From contig OX597833.1 in NCBI GenBank assembly GCA_951406725.2, positions 7,750,001 through 7,814,000 on the forward strand: a DNA stretch of 64,000 nucleotides. Reading direction: 5' to 3'. The notes beneath the pieces are model-generated. The model was not told the DNA's origin. It did no database searches and worked only from the letters and a program-made list of their open reading frames with translations. The position numbers and the translations under genes were made by a program. Of the stretch, positions 54,969 to 64,000 are shown in pieces (positions within the stretch are counted from its first letter, which is position 1; the number at the start of each line of letters is the position of its first letter). This stretch comes from Octopus vulgaris. Its lineage: Eukaryota.

Positions 54969-56818
54969 CCGCATTTGACGCACTTTTTTCCAAAAAATTT
55001 GGCTCAAAGAATCGCCCTGCGTCTAATATGCGAAGTCAAGACCCTCCCGTAGGCTAATCTTCTCCCAGACGCTCACTAACCTAGCTTACGATAAGTATTT
55101 CTACCTACGCTAACGCCTTAATGATATTTTCTGTACTCATGCATCATTATTATTATTACCAGTATTATTACTTTAAAATACGAATTATCGTAAAAATCAA
55201 AGCAATCTACCGTAAATTGTTAGGCACGTTTACTAATATCAGCTGATCGGAACCCTAACTCGATGCCATCTGACGGTGAGGAGTAAAACTACGGAATGCA
55301 CATGATCGTTGCGAGTTCGTGTATATACGGAGGTAGGTTGGATATCTTGGTACAACAAAGTTTATGATCATAACAAAACACACTACAACAGTACAAGCAC
55401 CCTCACGGCTATGGCAGCAAAAAGATCAAGCTACAAAATCTCCTACAAACTACGAGTGGTAGATTATGCCAAGGAGCATGGAAATAGAGCAGCAGCAAGG
55501 GTTTTTGGGCCACCACCTGGCGACAGCAAGAAGGGCAGCTGATGAGAGCACAGAAAGGTAAACATAACCTTCGTTGCCCAGCCCCACATTGGCCAGAACT
55601 TGAGGATGATATAAAAACGTGGGTGCTTGATGAGAGAAACTCAGGGAGAAGTGTATCTACCAAAATGATAATTCATGAGGCCATGAGAGTAGCAGAACAA
55701 CGAGGGATACAGAACTTTGCAGGAACAGAAGGTTGGTGTTACAGGTTTATGAAACGGAAGGGTTTATCAATGCGTACAAAAACATCCATTGCACAAAAAA
55801 TGCCTGCTGATTATGAAGAAAAAATATTAGATTTTCATAGATTTGTTATAAATGCAAGAAAGAAAACTTGTTTTGAACTGGGCCAAATAGGGAATATGGA
55901 CGAAGTTCCACTCACATTTGATGTACCATCCAACAGGACTGTGAGTGTCAAAGGGTCTAAAACGGTTTCGATAAAAACCACTGGCCACGAAAAGACCCAC
56001 TATACAGTAGCTCAGGCCTGTTGTGCTGATGGCATAAAACTGCCACCTCTTTTGATATTTAAGAGAAAAACTCAGCCTAAGGATAAAATTCCAAGAGGTG
56101 TACTAGTTCATGTTCACGAAAAAGGCTGGATGGACGAAAATGGAATGAAACTGTGGTTACAAAATATATGGTCAAGGCGTCCTGGTGGACTATTAAGAAA
56201 ACCTTCTCTTCTGGTTTGGGATCAGTTTAGAGCACATAGAACTGAAGCCATTAAAAAAAGGGTGGGAGAATTGAAAACGCAGTTAGCTGTCATTCCTGGT
56301 GGACTGACGAGCCAATTGCAGCCTTTAGATGTGTCTGTGAATAAGCCATTTAAGCAGAACATCCGTGAACATTGGAATAAGTGGATGGCAGAGCCACATC
56401 ATGCCCTCACACCCACAGGAAGAATGAAGCGGCCCACCATTGCTGAAGTGTGTGAGTGGGTGAAGAAATCTTGGGATGATGTTAGGCCTGAAATCATTGT
56501 GAAGGCTTTTAAGAAGTGTGGCATTAGCAATGCCCTTGATGGCACAGAAGATGATGCATTATTTGAAGACAGTGATTTCAGCAGTAGTGATGAAGATGAT
56601 GAAGACTTTTCTGGTGTAGAAGATGATGAAGAGTTTTCTGGTTAAAAAGATGATTACTATTGTAATTTGTATGCTTTCTTTTATACAGCAATGTTTTCTG
56701 CTTTTGTAATGTGCTGCTAGACTGCTTTCAACAATATATGCTTAAATACACTTAAAACTTTTTTTCCTGAATTTGACCTGCTGAAATGAGGGTGCGTCTA
56801 ATATGCTGTCAAATACGG
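54969..56818 (+). mobile_element. pogo-superfamily DNA transposon (Passer/POGK-like, DD35D)
   Basis: TA at 54967-54968 and 56819-56820; termini CCGCATTTGAC / GTCAAATACGG; encodes transposase. Confidence 0.9.
55411..56645 (+). pseudogene. pogo transposase, one frameshifting deletion near 55518
   Basis: Brinker-like N-terminus MAAKRSSYKISYKLRVVDYAKEHGNRAAARVFG, CENP-B-type HTH (GWCYRFMKR), MDEVP / WD-35aa-D (LQPLDVSVNKPFK), acidic tail. Confidence 0.9.
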
Positions 56819-57090
56819 TAATTTTCTCTTTTAAATATACTTCGATAGATTTCCAAAGAGTATTTGCGACATTTTTAAATATTGGCATTGATCAATATTT
56901 CTTCTTTCTGTCTCTGTCTCTTCACTTCTCTCCCTCACGCCTTTCCTTGTCTCTTCATTACTCTCTTCTTATCTTCTTTCAGCTCTCAATCTCTCTTTAA
57001 ATACATAGACGCTTTCTTTCTCTATTTCTTCTCTACCCTCTATCGCACTATTAAATTAATATAATTAGATAGATAAATTAAATATCAAAA

Positions 57091-57980
57091 ATGTCCAGAA
57101 TCTGGAAAAGTAACGAATTGGCGTTGTTCCTAAGAGCCTGGCAATACGCCGACGGAGATAATCCGAACAACATAATTACAGCTGCGCTGAAGAGCAGTGG
57201 ATATAAAAGGACGATAGCGCAGATAGAGCGAAAAAAGCAGGAGTTTATACGCTCCTATGCACTCATAAGATCTCACATTGGCATGCTTGATGCCATCTTT
57301 GACAACGAACAAAGTAAAGATGGCAAGGATGAAGGCGTGGGTGCTGATGAAAGATGTCACCCCCACTTGGTAAACACACAGGAAGAAGATTCAAGTGAGA
57401 AACCTGCCCAGGAAGTAAACCCAAGTGTAAGTGCTCCTACCAGCACCAAAAGCCATGGAGATGAAAGAGCCAAAAAGAAATAAAAGGAGGAAAAACTAAG
57501 AGAAGAACAAAAGATGAAACAGCCAAGGATAGAAGCAAACCTGACTATCCATGTACCAAAATGGATAGAAACAGACAGCGCACACGAATATGTAAATTCT
57601 ACATGAAAGGTGTCTGTTGGCATGGAGAGGAAGGTGCAGACTGCCGTTTTGCACATCGAAGACCCTGCCACATAAACTCGAAACAGGTCAGAAACCAACT
57701 GCCTAAAGGAAAAGGAATGGACCACGCACCACCTGCCCCAAAACGGAGGTACGCAGATGTGGTGCGTGCTACAAACTGCCAACATGTTATTGAAAGGGCA
57801 GCTGCTGAACAAGAATCTTTTTTGTGCATGGCACAAAAGATTGTACAGCAGCTAACCTGGCTCCATCAAACTCAAACTCGCAGATGGGACTACCCACAAT
57901 ATACAAGACCACCACAGCAAATAGATCAAAGGTGGACACCGCCGGCAACAGCATACACCTCACCTCGATGCTCCTACTGA
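57091..57980 (+). pseudogene. LINE ORF1 (Myb/SANT-like N-terminus + CCCH zinc finger), disrupted
   Basis: WKSNELALFLRAW..ITAALKSSGYKRTIAQIERK; CKFYMKGVCWHGEEGADCRFAH; stop at 57481-57483 and a frameshift before 57561. Confidence 0.7.
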
Positions 57981-60900
57981 ACATCAGAGGACTGCAAACA
58001 CTCAGTAACAGGACAAAAATCCCGTTCTTGAGAGACTTTGTCGCATGCAATCAAGCCTTATGCATAGCACTTATAGAAACGCACCTGAAACCGGACATAG
58101 CAGATGTGGAATTACACATACCACAGTATGTTGTACTACGGACCGACAGAAAAGAAAGGAGTCATGGAGGAGTTGCTATGTACATCCGTGAGGACCTCAT
58201 ACCCCAAGTCCTTTTGTTATACTCAAACTCGGTGTGTGACACACTAATTGAACATATAAGGCAACTTGGTGTAGTTGTGTGTGCTACATATCGCCCTCCA
58301 GATGCTCCAAGCCATGTAGGCAAGTTTGAAGACTGCCTTACAAAATAGAAGTTCTAGTCACATTAGAACAACACATAAGTGTACTTCTTATGGGAGACTT
58401 CAATCTACCCAATGTCAGATGGCCCGAGGGCCTTTCTCTCCCAGGAATGACACGATGTAAACGTGGACAGGCGAGGTCCCTCCTGAACCTCATCAACACC
58501 CAGTACATGGAATAAGTAATACTCCAACCAACCAGGGCAGGTAACATACTGGATCTCTGCTTCACAAATAATATGGATCTCATCCATAATGTGAAAGTGA
58601 CACCAACACTACTCTCGGATCACAACATGGTAGAGCTGACTATGTACGGGCCAAAGGAAAGCATGGACATGCAACCTACAAGACACTCTCAGAATCTTTC
58701 CAGCTTGAACTTCCATAAGGCAAACTGGAAACAAATTGAGAAAGAGATCCTCAAACAAAACTGGCCTGAATGTCTCTCCTCGCCAGACATTGACATGATA
58801 CTTCAACAATTCATGTCTGTAATGCAAGCCATATGCTACAAAGGTGTCCCGGAGAGAAAGGCCACTGTACACAAGAACGAAATCCCCAGAGAGAGGAAAA
58901 TTCTAATGAGACAGCGTACAAAAGTTTCAAATCGCCTAAACAAACAAATTGAAAGCAGTGAAAAGTCTCGCCTGAAAATAAAACTGTTGGAAATAGAAAA
59001 ATGTCTGCAACTCTCCCATGAAAAGGAAAGAGCAGACAAAGAAGCCTGGGCTATAGACAACATAAAATCTAACCCCAGAGCTTTCTACAGGTATGCCAAA
59101 GAAACAGCTACGGTGCACTGTAGGATAGGGCCACTCCTTGAAAAGGATGGCACACTCACAGGAAATCCAATGAGGGTAAGTGAAATACTAAATGAGCAAT
59201 TCAAGAGTGTTTCCACTCCACCCCTTGGGCATTTCCAAATCAGCAATCCAACTGACTTCTTTACCACTGCAGATATAAAATCAGAGGCAGCGATGATTGA
59301 TTACATCAATATAAAGGAAGACGATGTAATAAAGGCTATAGATGAAATGAAAACAAACTCAGCTACTGGCCCCGATGGATTCCCAGCAATCCTTCTAAAA
59401 GTATGTAAGAGAGTCCTAGCAAGACCACTGCAGTTCCTCTTTCAGAGCTTCCTTGCAACTGGCAAACTTCCGAGAAAACTGAAGGAAGGTAAAATATGCC
59501 CTATTCATAAAGGAGGTAGCAGAGCGGAGGCCAAGAACTACAGACCTATCTCTCTGACCTCACACATCAGCAAGGTCATGGAACGAATAGTCAGAAGGAA
59601 ACTGATCACCTTCCTTGAAGAAAATGACTTGCTGCCCGACACCCAACATGGTTTCCGACCAGGGAGAAGCTGCTTAACTCAGCTCCTACAACACTATGAC
59701 TGGGTGCTGAAACGACTGCTCAACCACTCAAATGTGGAAGTGATATATCTCGACTTTGCAAAGGCCTTTGATAAAGTCGATCATGGAATGATATGTCACA
59801 AACTGCGTGATCTCAACATAGTTGGAAAACTGGGAGAATGGCTTCATGACTTTCTGAAAGATAGAAGTCAAGTGGTAGTAGCCAATGGGGCCACTTCCAT
59901 TAACACGCAAATAGTGAGCGGTGTTCCACAGGGCACTGTTTTGGGGCCACTACTGTTCATAATGGCCCTCTCAGACATGCCCTCAGCCACGCAGAGAGCC
60001 ACGATCACAAGTTATGCAGATGATACAAAAGTTTCACAGGCAATACAGAACCCTGAAGACACTAAGCAAGTGCAATGTGAGCTGGACAAAATATACAAGT
60101 GGACTGAAAAGAATAGCATGCAGTTCAATGCTGAAAAGTTTCAAGCTTTATGCTATCAGCATGCAAAACTAAATGCAATACCCAATGAATACACAGGATC
60201 TGGAGGGATTGCAATCCCAGAGGCACAATCAGTGCGTGACCTGGATATTTACATTAGTGATGACGCAACCTTTCATGTACATGTTGCTAAATTGACAATG
60301 AAATGTAGACAGCTGGCTGGATGGATTCTTAGAACAAGAGACCAAGAAACCATGATGGTCCTCTGGAGGACACTTGTCCTAAGCCACTTTGACTATTGCT
60401 CTCAGCTATGGTCACCATCCAGTATCAAGTTGATCACAGAACTTGAGGCGATCCAACGAAGCTACACGAAGAAGATAGCCTCTGTGCGGCATGTAAGCTA
60501 CTGGGAAAGACTCAAGAGATTAAAACTCTATTCCTAAAAGTGTAGGCGAGAAAGATATGCCATAATATACATCTTGAAGATCCTGGAAGGACTTGTCCCA
60601 AACTTTGGCATCGATAGTTACACAAATGCCAAAACTGGGCGCCACTGCGTGGTGCCAAGGACTCCAAATTTGCCATCAAGATGTAGGACAAGATACTGTG
60701 ATAGCCTGGGCTTCAGAGGCCCACAGCTCTTCAATATCCTCCCGAGGGACCTGCATGGGGTGGATGCGGATGTCTTTAAAGTAGGACTGGATCTCTTCCT
60801 GTCAGGTGTCCCGGATGAACCAACTTCACGGCAGGAGGTGCAGATGCGGGCAGCTGCATCGAACTCTCTCATGCACCAAATGGCAATTGCTAATTGCTAA
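57968..60900 (+). pseudogene. LINE ORF2 (APE endonuclease + reverse transcriptase), disrupted
   Basis: LNIRGL, IETHL, YRPP, GDFN, SDH; YRPISLTS, QHGFR, LDFAKAFD, GVPQGTVLGP, YADD; frameshift ~58345, stops at 58513-58515 and 60535-60537. Confidence 0.95.
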
Positions 60901-61031
60901 AAAGCATTTGTGAAGTAAAATTATGTAGCAACACCAAATGGTGGTGCCCCAGCATGGCCACAGCTCGTGAGCTGAAACTAGATAAAATAAAAAAATTAAA
61001 TTAAAAAAATATGTATAATATATGTATATAT

Positions 61032-61564
61032 ATAGATAAAACTTACTAGGAAATGTATGAGTGACATTCGCTCATATGATAATATAAACAATATATAAAT
61101 ATATGCATATATACATACATATATGTACATACCTACATATATATGTATATATACATGCATATGTGGGTACAAGACATAAAAAAAACGTGAACAAAATGAG
61201 AAAGAAGAACATAAAAAAGCAAAAACAGAAAACGAACTTTTTTTTAACAACGGAGACATGCAACACAAAGAACAATCCCTTCATCAGTTGTCCCCTGTTT
61301 TATTTCCTCAGCGTTTCGAAGGTAAGGACAAGACGAGACTTCGTTAAAAACAGGAGAGTAAGAAGAAAAGAGTAAAAACAAACGGCAAGGGCTGTTAAGC
61401 CAAGACGATGTGAAGTGGTGAACGCTGGAAAAACCGAGCTTTGAGAAGAGACAGATCTTTAGGAAGGAAGTGGAAGAAAGATAGATGGCCATTGGTCACG
61501 TGTGAGCAACGAGAGAGTCAAGGAGGAAGAGTGAGGGTATTTATATTATTATATACATACATAT
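61032..61564. repeat. ~530-bp direct repeat, copy 2
   Basis: Aligns with 53897-54446; lacks ~20 bp (AAAGAAACAAACAGACAACG). Confidence 0.92.
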
Positions 61565-61668
61565 TTATACATGCATATGTATATAAATATACATATATAT
61601 ATATACATACACACATATATACATCCATATATACACATATATATTTACATTATAAAAAATTGGCAATA

Positions 61669-61699
<31 letters not shown>

Positions 61700-61844
61700 C
61701 ACGTACGTATATACACACATACATATATATATACAAATATATATTTATACACACTTATAGATACATATATGCAGATATATACACACACACATATATACAC
61801 ATAAATGTTATAAATATATATATACATATATACACATATACATA

Positions 61845-61933
<89 letters not shown>

Positions 61934-62759
61934 TATATATACAGATATATAAATACAAATATATACTTATATATGTATATACTTATATAGATATGTATAT
62001 ATAAACGTGTATGTTTATGCAGATGTGTATTGATAAATGCATGCTTAGAAAGAGAGAGAGATAAACACACCTGTGTGTGTGTGCTGGATAAGTCAACATG
62101 TAACGAGAGATCCAAATTAAATGAAGTGCAAAACGCTTACTTATGGCTATAGCACAACCATTCCTTTTAAGATCTCTCACTGGGTTCATGTAAGGAACCG
62201 GCCCGCATGAGGTCAATACAAAAATCCCATTCATCAGACCAGTTTGAAGAACTAATCTATTTCCCATGGGTAGGGGTGTATTTAGAAGATTTTCGTGTCC
62301 TTGGTTTCTGTTTTTCTTCTCAACCCTTCTTCTTTCTTTCTCGTTTTAAATTCTCTTTTTAATGACCTTCATCATCCATGAATATTTGTTTAAGGTCTTG
62401 CAGATAGGAAGCAATACTGACCGCATCGAAACACTGTGTGGGCAGTGTAATGTCTCGATCTGTGTGGCACAGTGTGTTTTCAAATATACTACACTGGAAA
62501 AAAAAACTGTATATACACTGTAAAATTCCTTGTAGTTAGTGCACTGCCTTGTACACAGCTGGGTCCACAGCACAGCCTAACACTGGGTCCACACAGCACA
62601 GCATTGGTCAGTACGAAATCTGTGTGCAAGGGATGAAGGCCTTCAGCTGGAAAACCTTCACTCCAGCCCTCTTACAGCCGTTTCTCTGGTCGAGTGGACA
62701 TTAGGGTCAGCAACTAAAGCTGCTCCATGGCTTATCTTCCTTTTCTTTTTTTACCCTTT

Positions 62760-63050
62760 TTCACTTTTCTTTCAGTCATTGCACCAAGGCCATACTCGGG
62801 TCCTACCTTGAAGGGTTTTTGTTAAACAAACCAACCCCAGTGCCTTTGTGTTTTTAAGCCTGGGACTTATTCTATCAGTCACATTTGACAGACTACTAAG
62901 TCACAGGGACATAGGCAAAGCAATAGCATTTCTCAAGCAGTGATAGCACACACACACAAATATACAAATACATGGCAAGCTTCTTTCAATTTCTATCTAC
63001 TAAACCAGCTTTGATCAGCCTGGGGCTATAACCAGACACTTTCCCAAGGT
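62760..63050 (-). mobile_element. SINE family A, old diverged copy
   Basis: TTTCAGTCATTG..ACTTATTCTATCAGTC..GCTTCTTTCAATTTC..GACACTTTCCCAAGG. Confidence 0.65.
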
Positions 63051-64000
63051 AAATATTTTGTTTTTTGATGCCATTAGAATACACAGTATTAAAAAAATGT
63101 GATCCTCGTGAAGCAATTAGAGTTACAGTCGTTGGGCCACACATTTCTTCTCTAAAATTTAACAAGCTTGGAAGCAGTTGCTCTGGTATTTTCTCAGATT
63201 TCCTGAACAATTAATCTATTGTTATGAAGGCCCAACCAAGGTAAGATTTTTCTATGGAGACATTTAGGGCCAGCTTCTTACATGAAACTAGAAACAGATG
63301 CATATGAATATCTGTGCTATAAACATTGGAAAGTGCATGTGTGTTTTTGTGTGTACACGTGTCTGTGTGTGTGAGCATGTGTGTACATTTATATATATAG
63401 AGAGAGAGACACGTGGATGTGTGTGTGTCTGTCAATAGACACACACACATTTAAGGTTTCTAAAACAAACCAATCAGACTTCAATAATGAATTGCGATTA
63501 TTGAAAATAAAACAAGAACATTTTTACAAAAAACAGACAACAATTAAAGAAAAAAAAACATGAGCAATTGGCTGCCATTATATTACTGGTATGGCTGAAA
63601 TAATGAATTTGGTGAGGATTTTCACAAGAATCCCTCAAATGATTTTCAAAGGTTAAAATTTTGCGAGCAAACTGTCATAAAAGGAACTGTGAAGGTCATG
63701 TTTACGAAATTTTTTTCCCCACAAGAGTTCTGGACCCTAACTCATTTGCATACTGCCAATCAGAGCTCCCTTTCACCTTGGTGTCAAGTTAACAAACACA
63801 TTCTACTAAGTAAACCCAAGACAAAGGACAGTGTTGTAAGTCGACTGATCGCCAAGTTCTGTCTGGTTTTAGAAGGGGACAAGTAATTAGAGAGATAGGC
63901 ATCTCTACCTGTTTTCGGATTTTTGTTAGGGTCCCATATGGAAAAGATGAGGATGGGAAAAATGTGGGTAGAGGGTGATGCGCAGGGAACCCTCTCCCCT

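Larger units (their letters stand above)
54456..60995 (+). mobile_element. Near full-length CR1-group LINE, inactivated, with nested pogo transposon
   Basis: 5'UTR with duplicated ~200-bp unit, ORF1, APE+RT ORF2, short 3'UTR hairpin and A-rich tail; 5' boundary inferred from end of the direct repeat. Confidence 0.8.

Noticed and set aside
62100-62480. Possible decayed RLE-type LINE peptide on minus strand (..WSDEWDFCIDL..)
   Set aside because: Multiple stops and only a vague motif match.
63741-63765. Octamer ATTTGCAT next to CCAAT
   Set aside because: No adjacent gene or TSS evidence; such pairs occur in repeats and by chance.

Overview
Eukaryotic, repeat-saturated window whose SINE families, 5S sequence and extreme (TA)n/(CA)n/(TATG)n load point to an octopus (coleoid cephalopod) genome; the taxon is inferred. 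Nearly all ORFs in the track are microsatellite translations. Interpretable content: (i) a near full-length but inactivated CR1-group LINE (~54456-60995) with an unusual Myb/SANT-like + CCCH ORF1, a pogo-family DD35D transposon inserted in its tandemly repeated 5'UTR, and ~550-bp direct repeats around the whole unit; (ii) two decayed Penelope-like elements and a dispersed set of short, non-coding Penelope-derived elements sitting in (TA)n tracts that carry hammerhead-ribozyme (HHR) folds, including one canonical type I HHR present twice in inverted orientation (31804-31854, 32565-32615); (iii) two abundant tRNA-derived SINE families whose 3' tails match two different LINEs in the same window; (iv) fragments of CR1, RTE, R4/Dong, Tx1-like, mariner/Tc1 and Helitron elements, foldback elements and a 5S pseudogene; (v) one probable host exon, a FoxF-like C-terminal coding exon (45303-45436), plus a candidate 18-nt microexon upstream. 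All motif and fold calls were made by eye; boundaries of degraded repeats are approximate.
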